Assembly (NCBI GenBank): GCA_964016885.1
Contig: OZ024742.1
Coordinates: 128,278,001 to 128,342,000, forward strand
Origin: Eledone cirrhosa
Lineage: Eukaryota
Length of the DNA stretch: 64,000 bases
Direction: 5' to 3'
The stretch's first letter is position 1. Each line of letters begins with the position of its first letter. A model generated the notes under the pieces. The model did no database searches. It saw only the letters and a list, made by a program, of their open reading frames with translations, and was not told the origin of the DNA. This document shows, piece after piece, positions 1-64,000 of the stretch. Both the position numbers and the translations under genes were made by a program.

Positions 1-538
1 CCCCACCAATCCTGAACGACCCGACGCTTCGAGAGCACATTGCCAAATATGCGCACTGGATGCTCTGCCACTTTCATAACATCCAAACCTCTGACAAATG
101 GTATGAACATCAACCAAAAACAGTCATGGAAAATGGTAATATTTCCATCTTGTGGGATATGCCTGTGATAACTGACCGAGAAATCGCTGCCAACAGACTA
201 GATATATTAAAAATTATAGATATTTCTGTACCAGCTGACAAGAATACATCTTTAAAAACAATGGAAAAACTGTCAAAGTACAAAGACTTTGAAATAGAGA
301 TCAACCACATGCAGAGGATGACCACAAATACTATCCCTGTGGTAATAGGAGCATTAGGATTAATACCCGAAATCAGCAAATATAAGCTACAAACGATCGG
401 GCTACTAGGAACAGCACACATTCTCAGATGAGTTGTCTCTCTACATCTCTACAATGAAAATATTTAGTGCTCTAGGTTCAAGGCCTGAACCCAGAAATAG
501 AGAAACAGAACTGATCTAAATGAAATCACATAACAGTG

Positions 539-590
<52 letters not shown>
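1..590 (+). mobile_element. 3' fragment of an R4/Dong-like non-LTR retrotransposon (RLE domain) with (AAT)n tail
   Basis: KWYEHQPKTVMENGNISILWD...IIDISVP...EKLSKYKD...PVVIGALG motifs followed by an (AAT)n run; Dong elements are known to associate with TAA repeats. Confidence 0.8.
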
Positions 591-591
<1 letters not shown>

Positions 592-723
592 TGTTTCTAC
601 TTTTGGCACAAAGCCATCAATGCTTTCTTTATTAACCACAAGGGTTTACACAAAGTAGACATTAAGGACAGTACAGGGCAATACAGGACGGTACAAATGG
701 GCATTTCTGCGTGTAAAAAAAAC

Positions 724-1120
724 CCCAATAGGCCTGACCTGGTGGTTTTGGACAAGGAAAAAAGATTGTGCCTGATTGTAGATGTAGCTTGCTCATTTGA
801 CACGAGAGTGCAAGAAAAGGAGAGGGAGAAAATTAACCGATACCAGGACTTAAAGTGGGAGGTAAAAAGGATTTGGAACTGCCATGAAGTCAAGGTCGTC
901 CCGATTGTCATAGGTGCACTAGGTACTATCTCAAAGAGTTTCCAAGGATGGTTAAAGAAGATTAGTCCAGCCCCGCTTTTTGGAACACTTCAAAAGGTAT
1001 GCTTACTGGGAACAGCAAGAACCCTCCGATACATCCTGAATATCTGAGGCTGCAGGTAGCAGCTTGATATTCATTTCAACAAACTTTCCAGTTAAATAAC
1101 ATCAATGACTGAGACTCAAA

Positions 1121-1172
<52 letters not shown>
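724..1172 (+). mobile_element. Second R4/Dong-like RLE 3' fragment with (AAT)n tail
   Basis: NRPDLVV..CLIVDVAC..EKINRYQDLKWEVKRIW..VPIVIGALG (PD..D RLE core), stop at 1047, then (AAT)n. Confidence 0.85.
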
Positions 1173-1175
<3 letters not shown>

Positions 1176-1339
1176 TGTTTCTACTTTAGGCACAAGGCCA
1201 GCAAATACCCAGTGCATTACTGGTACTTTATTTTATCGACCCCGTAAGGATGAAAGGCAAAGTCAACCTCGGCAGGATTTGAACTCAGATCGTAAAGGGA
1301 CATAACTATGCTGGAAAGCATGGCGTCCGATAATAATAG

Positions 1340-2600
1340 CTTTCTTTATTAACCACAAGGGTTTACATAAAGTAGACATTAAGGACAGTATAGGACAATA
1401 CAGGACGGTACAAATGGGCATTTCTGTGTGTAAAAAACAAAAAAACAGAGGATGTAATAAAAGAACAATGAAAAATTCCCTAATAGGGGGGAGCCTTCCG
1501 AGGGCCATCGTGGAGAAAGCCCATTAAAAAAGCCACGGTGACCCTGACCACCAGGGCAATTGTCCTCTCCCAGTTTTCCACCTTCAATTTACAGGCATAT
1601 ACTCAGAGTAGGTCCATTCACTCGGGCCATTCTTGCCTCTCTCACCCATCTTTCAACAAAAAGCTGGGAAGAGACCACCTCCCTCTCTATTCTGATTTTC
1701 CTTTTCAAATGAAATTGGAAAAAGTTAATCAGGGCATCACCGAAGAGGTAAGTGCTCGTCTTCAGCCCTTTCAGACGCGTCCACCATACTATCTCTTTCG
1801 CCATGGCCACCAGACAGATAAAAATTGCCTGCCCTTCCCGGCTAAAGGAAGAGGGCGGAGCAATCCTCACGATGGACTCAGCTGATAGTCGGATCCGTTC
1901 TACAGGCGACAGCAGGTGTTCGACATAAACCCACAAGTCAGCAATGCTCGGACACTGGACGAGTGCATGCATGACGGTTTCGTCGCCCTGCGCGCATCTC
2001 GGACATGCCTGGCTGACGGCACCTCCATGCCTGTAGAGTTTATCCCGAACTGGCAAAGCTCCTCGGTAGCACTGCCAGGCCAGGGATTTCTGGAAGTTGT
2101 CCATAGGCACCAGTCCGAAAGTTCTTCCAAAGAGATTAGCTAGTTGATTTTCGTCGACGCCTAGAGTTTCCCCAAGTACATTGTCGCTCTTCCCCTCCAC
2201 TAATCCTCTATAGAACGCCAAGGTGGAGTTTCCACCGATCACATTGCCCGATTGGTCGAGGGCTGTGAGCGCCTGAAGACATTCCAGTCTCCAAGCGCTC
2301 CCTCTCGGTCTTCGCTTGACCCAGGACTGCAGCTCCGTCAAGGAGATGAGCTGGGGAAAAACGCGTCTAGCAAACGGCGACCACACCTGATCACCGTCGA
2401 GGAAGAGGTGGAGATGTTGTAGCCTGAGCACGGCATGCCCAGCCCTCCACGTAGCGGGTGTTGACAGCAGATGGACCGCCTGACCATCGGAGCGCGTCCC
2501 TTCCACAAAAAGCGAAAGAGCAAACGCTCCAGCGCAGTCAGGCGAGGCTTAGGACAAGGCACGACGGGAAATCTACTGACGCATGCTCCCTCAGAGACTG
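1340..2600 (-). mobile_element. L1/Tx1-like LINE 3' part (post-RT region, zf-RVT-like CPRC..ETVMHALVQC, 3' UTR)
   Basis: FRFLWKG..GGLGMP motif, CCHC-type motif, AATAAA near the end; the 3' tip is repeated at 622-723; homologous to 53300-55625. Confidence 0.85.
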
Positions 2601-3545
2601 CCCGATACGCCATGCGAACTGTTGCCTACGCACATACGTCGTGTATAAGATAGAATGTGACAGGTGCAACCAATACTACATAGGTAGCACAATCCGACCT
2701 TTGCACATCCGGATCAAGGAACACACTAAAACCAGGGCCTCGTCTTTCCGGAAACACATAGACAAATGCGGAAACAAAGACGGAAGGCCCATTGTCACAA
2801 TTCTAGCGACTGAAAGAAACGTCGGCACGTTACGTATCAAGGAAGCACTTTTTATCAAACGCCTGCAACCGCAAATAAACAACCGATTAGAGAGAAGCTA
2901 AATGAGATGGCTGGTTTAAGTTAACAAACGATGTAGCAACACACAACATACGCACACACAAACGAGACAACTACACACACACACACAGTAGCATTCCACC
3001 ATGCGAACATACTACACTGCCAATACAGAGGAACAAGGCAACTACACACGCACACACACACACTCAAGCGAGACAACAACACACGCACACACACACACAG
3101 TAACATTTAACAAACAGGCAGAGAATGGGCTGACAGCTAGCGCCACCCCACTCCCTCATTCGGCCGCTGACCTCTGCCCGACCGACCCCATTTCACGCGC
3201 ACGCGCGCTCTGCCGAATACCTCAGATATTCAAAACAACAAACAGCGGAGGACGCGTTTCGCACCTGTCCGACAGACAACCTTTACCCCGGAGCCCCCCC
3301 CAGTTGATGGATGTGAATCCGAAATATATAGGGACTATTAAATCTCTCCCAAGGTAACTCTCTCTTGTGTTGTTATTTTAATTTTATCCTTTATACTCTT
3401 CCCTTCCTTCTTCTACACATTTACACATCTTTACACACCACGCATCTCAACGTACACCCACTTACATCTCTCTCTCCACCACCGGATCTTGTTACCCGGA
3501 GATTTACCCATTTGCATTGTCGAGGCTTCCAAACGACTTAAAGAT
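2600..3545 (+). mobile_element. Penelope-like element 3' end (GIY-YIG endonuclease plus pseudo-LTR)
   Basis: VVYKIECDRCNQYYIGSTIRPLHIRIKEH...KEALFIKRLQPQIN, stop at 2901; degenerate hammerhead-like motif at about 3300-3335. Confidence 0.8.
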
Positions 3546-4306
3546 ATTTATATATATATAATTGTTTCTACTTTAGGCACAAGGCCAGCAATTAACCAGT
3601 ACATTACTGGTACTTTATTTTATCGACCCTGTAAGGACGAAAGGCAAAGTCAACCTCGGCGGGATTTGAACTCAGATCGTAAAGGGACGTAACTATGCTG
3701 GAAAGCATGGCGTCCGACCCTCTACTGATACTGCCAATACACCGCCCCCTCTCTCTCTCTATATATATATATAATGCCAGCACCAACAGTTTTACAAGAG
3801 ATGTCAACATGAATGGACCTGTTATTTTTATCTAAAGACATTTTTTACAATTCCAACCCACCCGTCTCCTCAATCTATTTTATTTCTCATTCTTTCTTCT
3901 GATGTAGGACTAGCGTCCGAAACCTTAAGACCCCTCTTCCTGCTATATCAAGTGTTAACCTAATATATACCTTCCATATACTGTACCGATTGTGTTGTTA
4001 TTTCTGTTTAACTTTTACATATATATATAGACAGAGCGAGAAAGAAAGAGAGAGTGTGTGAAGAGAGAGATACAAAGAGACTATGTGACATATATATAAG
4101 GCCAGCAATTAACCAGTGCATTACTGGTACTAGTGAAATAGAACTTCCGCTGTTTGTAAACAAAGCTAATTTTCAAAACAACGCTAAGCTCTGTATCTTT
4201 ATATATATATATATAGGAACCAGTTCCTATTACCCACTCTACTACCTCAAGTATTGAGTACTTTGGTGCGTTATGGTCCACCTGGTTCCTTACCACATTT
4301 CCTTCG

Positions 4307-6286
<1,980 letters not shown>

Positions 6287-6382
6287 GACCATAGAATGAA
6301 CCAAATCCTTCGAACACACGATATCATAAAGAGCAAAAGACAATCTAAGTCAATGAAAAACATCCTATATATATATATACTT

Positions 6383-8646
6383 GGGGAGGGTCATATTTGT
6401 GTAATATTGCCAGAATTAATAACAGAACACACTCACTGTTTGGTTGGTTTTCGCTTTTCGCTTCTGTGTCTTTTATATCGGTAATCTAATTTATTCGGTC
6501 CTCAATGTTGCCATTGACTGACCAACGGTCAAAAATAATACAGATACAATATAGACACAAACACATATATATAGTTTATCAAAGTTCTTTCGTTGCACAT
6601 CTGCAACATCGTCAGTGGTGCTATTGTTTCCTTCCGTTACATTGTATGTCTACGCCATTTTTATTTAGTCTGTCTATATATTTATTTATTTCAATGGCAA
6701 AAAAGACTCCCATGGGAAGGTGGATTGGGTGGACCAAAGCTATACGGACCCCCTAAAACAATGATCAGGTAAGAAAAATGGTCACACATGCAATAGGGGC
6801 TAGTATCAAAACTACCCCAAAGGGCCACATATTCAAGTTCAACGAGAAAATCTACGCCCAAAATGAGGGAGCAGCCATTGGCATCAGCATAGCTGGTGAT
6901 GTTGCCAACCTTTTCATGGTATGGTGGGAAAGGAGACTTAAAGATCTCTTTAATGAGATCTCCATAGACCTCATCATGTACTCTCATTACGTAGACGATA
7001 TCAATATAGTTATAAGAACATCCCCACTAGAGAGCACTAACAAGTTTGATTTAGAACGTAGCACAATGGAAAGCATCCAGCAGATAGCTAATTCCATACA
7101 CCAGAGTATAACTGTAACTATCGACTACCCTTCCAAACACCCTAACAATAGACTACCTGTATTAGACACGGAACTCTGGATTAACACTATAGACGAGGGA
7201 GCCCAAATTCTCCACTCACACTATGCTAAACCCATGGCCTCCAAATACCTGATACTCAAAAACTCAGCAATGTCCAGTAGTGCTAAATTTAATATTCTGA
7301 TCGCAGATTTGGTACGAGTGATGAAGAATGTGTCCCGCATGTGCGACCCAACAGAAATGGAAAGACACATCTAACACTTCATCAACCGCATGCAGTTCTC
7401 TGGCTACAACCAAAGAGACAGAGTCAGAGTATACGAAGGAGCCATGGAGAAGTATAAGACCCTCATAGAACTGGACATGAAAGGAATTTGCCCATTATAC
7501 AGGAGCAAATCATGGAATAGCTTAGATAGCGCTAGACATAAGATAGGGAAAGCCACCTCATGGTATGACAACCAGAGATACCAGAGTGTCATGTTTGTGG
7601 ACGCTACCCCTGGAGGGAAATTAGCTAACCAGTGTAGAAAGGCCCTGAGAAAGACCCACTTAAAGATTAAGGTGGTAGAAAAGCCAGGAACCATCATAAA
7701 ATCCCTGATCAGCAAAACCTACCCTTTTAAGAAAACTCACTGTACTAATAGGAAATGTATCATATGTAAGGTAAACCCCCGGATAAACTGTAAAACTAGA
7801 AACGTAGTCTATAGCATAAGATGTACAGAGGGTACTTGCAGAAACATGACAACAACATACATAGGTGAGACAGCTCGTAGCATAGGTGAAAGGATAGACC
7901 AACACTGGCGGGAACTAAAAGGACGAAAAAACGGGTCAGTACTATACGAACATGCCAGACAACAACACGATGGTAATATAGACAACATAGAAATTAGAAT
8001 AATATCTAAACATAGAAATGACCCAGCAGATAGGCAAATCAGAGAGAATAGAACTTAGAAGGCCAAGACTAAACAGAAAGAATGAATGGAATAACAACAA
8101 CACCCAAACAAACAACACTGACCTAAGAGAAGTATAAATAAATAAATAGATAAATAAATAAATAAATAAATACATACTCAAGCACAATAACAACAAACAC
8201 ATATAATCACACACTAGTAAAGATAGAATACATTAACCGATACACAGTCACCCAATCACGAACACACATCAAACAAAACACTATACACACACGCAAACGC
8301 ATGCGCAAAGAAGACAAAATAAAATAAACAAACAAATAAATAAATAAATATATAGACAGATTAAATAAAAATGGCGTAGACATACAATGTAACGGGAGGA
8401 AACAATAGCACCACTGACGATGTTGCAGATGTGCAACGAAAGAACTTTGATAAACTATATATATGTGTTTGTGTCTATATTGTATCTGTATTATTTTTGA
8501 CCGTTGGTCAGTCAATGGCAACATTGAGGACCGAATAAATTAGATTACCGATATAAAAGACACAGAAGCAAAAAGCGAAAACCAACCAAACAGTGAGTGT
8601 GTTCTGTTATTAATTCTGGCAATATTACACAAATATGACCCTCCCA
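6383..8646 (+). mobile_element. Penelope-like retroelement (Naiad-like RT plus GIY-YIG), decayed, with ~300-bp inverted terminal copies of its 3' end
   Basis: One frame 6693-8058 with two TAA stops: QNEGAAIG..ANLFMVWW, HYVDD, LPVLDTELW, FVDATPG, CTNRKCIIC..C..NVVYSIRC..YIGETARS..R..H; about 6383-6690 is the reverse complement of about 8335-8646. Confidence 0.88.
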
Positions 8647-8705
8647 AAGTATAACAATATTTGTTTCGACACACGATTTCATATAAAAAACCTCGCAAAA
8701 CTATA

Positions 8706-8747
<42 letters not shown>

Positions 8748-8791
8748 CATATACACATATATATATATATATATAAATATATATATATATA

Positions 8792-8935
8792 TGGAGGCAC
8801 ATGGCTTAGTGGTTAGAGCATTGGCTTTGCAATCGAAAGGTTGTGAGTTTAATTCTCAGACCGGGTGATGTGTTGTTTCCTTGAGCAAGACACTTTATTT
8901 CACATTGCTCCAGTTTACTCAGCTGTAGAAATGAG
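8792..8935 (+). mobile_element. Second tRNA-derived SINE family (head TGGCTTAGTGGTTAG...CCTTGAGCAAGACACTT)
   Basis: A/B-box-like head plus conserved core; related copies at about 15480-15730, 16860-17130, 33660-33780, 52690-52810, 57990-58260, 61750-61980. Confidence 0.75.
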
Positions 8936-9139
8936 ATGATAAGGACTGCGGTCCCCATCATTCCACTGCAAAGTGGTCGTGGAGGTGCCACATACAATTC
9001 ACAAGCAGGTAATATATACATCTTGGACCACATACAACACACAAGCAGGTAATACATACATCAAAAGGCAGGAGAAAGGGGTGGACAAATGAGCTAGTAC
9101 TAGAGCAAAAGATAATATCGTGGGGAGCACTGGGAAACC

Positions 9140-9590
9140 TCTTTAATAATTTTTAAGGCAAGCCAGTACACTCGCAGCGTTACCTGGGGTGGTGGCTAGG
9201 CTGAGGTACTGGAACAACCAAGCGCCTTCACGAGCATCACCAGTTACCTCGGTTAGGCAAGTCGCCAGTGACGATAAGAATCTCCCAGTCAGTAGCTTGA
9301 CTCACCCAAACGTCTCGCACGCCACAGCCTGGAAAATGTAGTTAGCTGACAGAACACGGTATTTTAGGATTTTGTTCTGTTCAGCTGCGGATGCTGTGGC
9401 TCTCGCCCTTACTGCAGCATCCAGGATGTGGGAAGAAGCAAAAGAGCCACTAACTGTGATGTCCCAGACAAAGCATCTGCCTCTTGACCAGGATCACAGG
9501 GTAATATCGTTAGGTCTTTTCTCATCAATTCTGGACAACCCAGACGGTTCCAAAATTGAGGGGATGTTTGCCCGGGCCAAAGCTCTTCAG
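9140..9590 (-). mobile_element. CRE-like non-LTR retrotransposon 3' fragment (RLE)
   Basis: Minus translation LEPSGLSRIDEKRP..W..GRCFVWD..AAEQNKILKY..ETFG..GNAASVL with stops. Confidence 0.7.
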
Positions 9591-9819
9591 TTGTAATAGA
9601 ACAGTGTGTGTATGTGCGTGCACGTGAGTTTGTCAGCATTCTTAAATTAGAGATGTGTGTGTGTGTCATATATATATATGTGTGTGTGTATGTGTCACCG
9701 TGAATAAGTTAGAGACATGTGTGTATCCCCTTCCTTCCTTCCTTTTACACACATACATTCACACAAACACACACACACACTTTGTGATGGACGGATGGAC
9801 AGAAGTCCCTCAAATTTAT

Positions 9820-10430
9820 ATACATGTGAATGGAGTTCCACTGAAGCAGCTGGAGAAGTTCAAGTATCATGAGTGATGGAATGCAGGAGGCTGAATTAAG
9901 TGCAAGAATTGCAAAAGCTGATGCAGTAATGCACCAGCCTCAGCATTCAGCAATCAGAAGAAGGGAGATAGGTGTAAAAGCCAAACTCGCTGTCTTCCTG
10001 CCAACCCTTACTGAGGGTCATGAATCTTGGGTAATGACCAAAAGAATACAATTGCAAATACAAACGGCAGAAATGGGGTTCCTCAGAAGGGTCTTTGGAG
10101 TAACGTTACTCGATAAAGGGCAGAGCTCAGAGACCAGAGTCACTCCTGGTTGAGCCACTACTTTCCAGATTGAGAGATCACAGCTCCGATACTATGGTCA
10201 TGTGGTTAGAATGTCTCAAGAAAGAATCGCTGGACAGATTTTACCAGCAAGGACCCAGAGGTAGACCCTGAGCAACATAGTTGGATAACATCTATAAGCT
10301 TGGCTGGTCACGCTTTGGGATCCAGCTGCATCAGTTAGAGATGTTTGCTTCTGACAGACTCACTGGAAGGAATGTTTGAGGACTCTGACCCCACGACCTT
10401 CTCAGAAATAAGTGGGCAAAGAAGATATTG
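9820..10430 (+). mobile_element. RTE-clade LINE 3' fragment
   Basis: NGVPLKQLEKFKY, GHESWVMT..AEMGFLRRVFGVTLLD, LRYYGHVVRM motifs with frameshifts; related to 24740-25300. Confidence 0.8.
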
Positions 10431-10670
10431 TCAATTTACTTTTCAATTTACATATCATATCTATAAGCATATATATTTACGTATAAAACCAATACGTACA
10501 CTACTGATGGGTGCTTTTTCTGCTAGTGTATATAAGGATGAACACTTTAAAACAATCAGTTTTGTATCATAGATCCAGTGCTGGTTTCAGGCAGTTTTGG
10601 CATCAAAAGAATTAATATTGTGGATTAGAAAGAAAAAAAACAAAGAGAAAAACAACTATTGCGGACTAAC

Positions 10671-61682
<51,012 letters not shown>

Positions 61683-63449
61683 CTAAAGTAGAATTATTGA
61701 TAAGCTAGTTATGTCTAAAAGTCTAAAGTCTGTTTCAAGCCTGGAGGCTAATCAGGCTGGTGCTCATTCTGGTTTCTGTGACTGAGAATACAGAATGCCA
61801 AGACCATCACAAGGTTAAACTCCCAGCTACTGCTGGTACTCATTTTCAGCTGAGTTTACTGGAGGATTGTGAAATAAAGTGTTTTGCTCAAGAACAGATC
61901 ACAATAATCTGTCTAGGAATAAAACTGATGACATTATGATCTACGTCAAGCATCCTAGCCATTAGGCCATGCACCTTCACAAAGGCTGACCCTTTGAATT
62001 ACAGGCACAGTCCATCTGAGGGGTTCCAAACAGTTTCCATCTACCTAATTTCACTCAAAATGCATGGGTCCACTCGAGGCTATTGTAAATAACACTTGCC
62101 CCAAATTCCACACAGTGAGATTGAACCTGGAACCTAATGATGATGAAGTGAACTTCTTACCCATTTGGTCATGCTGCATCCACCTAAGTTTCGATAAAAA
62201 AATAAAAGCCATTGGCACAATCCCTTTCTCCAGATCAAATCCTTTCATTAGCCCTTTGAATACCAAATTGCCTAAAACCATCTTTGGGTTTTGTAATATA
62301 ACTTTCTCATTATGAAGCTGATGCTTGGAACATAACTTAGCAAAGGCTTTTTAAAATATACAGTTTTGCCTCATTGAATCAAGGCTAGTTTCAATCGGTT
62401 GTATTAAAAGGGCTAAAGTAGTGGAAAAACCCCATTTCATAATACATTATACTGTTTGATAAAAGTGAAAAAGAAGAAAACACAAGATGGTTGTTGTCCT
62501 TTGCCTGATTAAGATCAGCTTCCAAGGCCCACCATGAGGAGGGTGATAAACGTGGTCTACAAACTTGTCAGCAACATTTTATAACTTCTTCATGCGTATA
62601 AGTTGGTCTTGACATTGTATAACTGACAAATGTTATTTCAGCTTGAAATGATTTGTGAGTTCTACTATACGTGACTCTCTTTCTTTAGAAGAAATCAGCT
62701 ATCTTCCAACTTGGAGAAGCATGATTTCTGACAGGTTTTAAATGTTGATGACATACCAGATGTCAGGAAACTGCTCCTATGACTTCATTAAGAGTTAAGG
62801 GATCTTTATTCATATTCTTTTACCATAATATGACAAGGACGTGATTCTATTAAATTAAAAATGTAATAGTAGTGTACAGATTTCTGGCCTTCTAACAGTG
62901 TATAAAGTCTTGAAGGAATATAGTAGAATAACTAACATTTTTTCATTATTCCTTTTTTGTTTGGGACATAACTTAACAAACATTCTTACATAAAATTATG
63001 ATGGAAGGTTTATAGATAAATATAAACACTTTAAGAGAACAGCTAGCTATACCCACTGAGGTGGAATGACTGATACAGCAGCAGGTATTGCTAGCTTTCA
63101 CTGTCTTGTCCATGGAATGCAGCTGAGATGTAAAATTTGCCCAATCCCTTTCCCACATACCCTTTTTTGTTTAACTTTTCTTTCTCCCACTCATTATCTT
63201 TTTCTCTTTTTTCTCTCTTCCTGCTTATCATTTATATTTTTTCTAAATACTTTCGTTAGTGTATACCATAAATATGAAAATATTAAATTCATTCAATTTG
63301 ATTTAACTTACCTGATTTTCTGTAAACCGTAAAGCTTGAAAAATTAGCTGTTAAACCATCTGAGCTATTCAGTTGGATGTCATAGATGCCTAGTGAAAAA
63401 ATATTGATATTTGTCATATTTCTGTTAATGGGTTAAATATAAATGTATT

Positions 63450-63890
63450 AAAAACAACTCCATCATTGTGGCTACAGTCAAACATTCCTGACAAAATCTC
63501 CCAACAATTCACAATTTTCCATTGCTCCTGAGAGTTGATTGATGAAGGTTCAGGCAGGTCTTCCTCTACTGCATCTCCGAAGAGTTGGTTCCTACAATAG
63601 TAGCTTTTGTTTTACTTCCTGCTTACCTCTCCAGCAACATCTGGAAAATTGTAACCATCTTTGAGCAATTGTAATTGTTATCTTGGGCAAGTTTCCGTAT
63701 AAACTTCCATTTGTAATACATTAACGCCAGTTTGTTTTGTACAACTCTAAGCATTTTAGTATATACACCGTCTACTTTCTTCTCAAGTGCTTGTGTCAGA
63801 GTCCATCTACCTGATCCATACAACAACACTGACTGAATTGCTTGTGTCAGGGTCCATGTACCTAATCCATACAACAACACTGACTCAACA
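63450..63890 (-). mobile_element. RTE-like LINE 3' fragment with a short internal duplication
   Basis: SVLLYG..WTLTQA occurs twice in tandem; DGVYTKMLR. Confidence 0.65.
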
Positions 63891-64000
63891 GATATTCTGA
63901 AGAATTAAAAACAACAAATATATAACTGTTTTCAGTTTCAAAATGTGGTGTTCTTTTGTTTTAGACATTATATATCACTGAATTTTGGCAATCTCTAGCA

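Noticed and set aside
6693-8058. Selenocysteine read-through in the Naiad-like ORF
   Set aside because: The interrupting stops at 6754 and 7372 are TAA, not TGA, and there is a further frameshift near 8050.
8792-8870. tRNA gene
   Set aside because: The A/B-box-like head runs into a SINE body present in many diverged copies; no complete cloverleaf.
61700-64000. Further upstream exons of the REJ-like gene
   Set aside because: I could not identify an open, splice-bounded segment with confidence; the region is mostly SINE, MITE and RTE debris.

Overview
Eukaryotic, AT-rich, repeat-dense genomic DNA. The SINE/RTE repertoire and long (TA)n/(CA)n runs suggest an octopus or other cephalopod (inference). 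The backbone is one minus-strand multi-exon gene. I traced 13 candidate exons from about 61.7 kb down to about 10.7 kb; 11 of the 12 junctions join in phase with GT-AG ends and one (about 38143) does not. They encode about 700 aa of an extracellular REJ/PKD1-like (polycystin-family-type) region, and both gene ends appear to lie outside the window. The introns and flank hold decayed mobile elements: R4/Dong-like and CRE-like RLE retrotransposon fragments, three L1/Tx1-like LINE pieces, several RTE LINEs, three Penelope-like elements (one Naiad-like with inverted terminal repeats), a DD37D maT/mariner, a hAT-like relic, Tc2-like and piggyBac-like MITEs, and many tRNA-derived SINEs. There are six main tandem arrays (33, 45, 25, 74, 72/73 and 98/99 bp units). 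Most notable: (i) satellites caught forming inside transposons, namely a piggyBac-like MITE seen as monomer, partial duplicate and ~25-copy array, and a 33-codon RTE segment amplified ~67 times with a 1872-bp higher-order repeat; (ii) a 3.7-kb 33-bp array that reads as an unbroken mucin-like SITVTPSTNST frame on the + strand; (iii) a perfect ~360-bp palindrome carrying a hammerhead-like core; (iv) the exon junction that lacks an in-phase canonical donor. No CRISPR, rRNA or intact tRNA gene is supported, and I cannot claim a demonstrably new biological system from the sequence alone.
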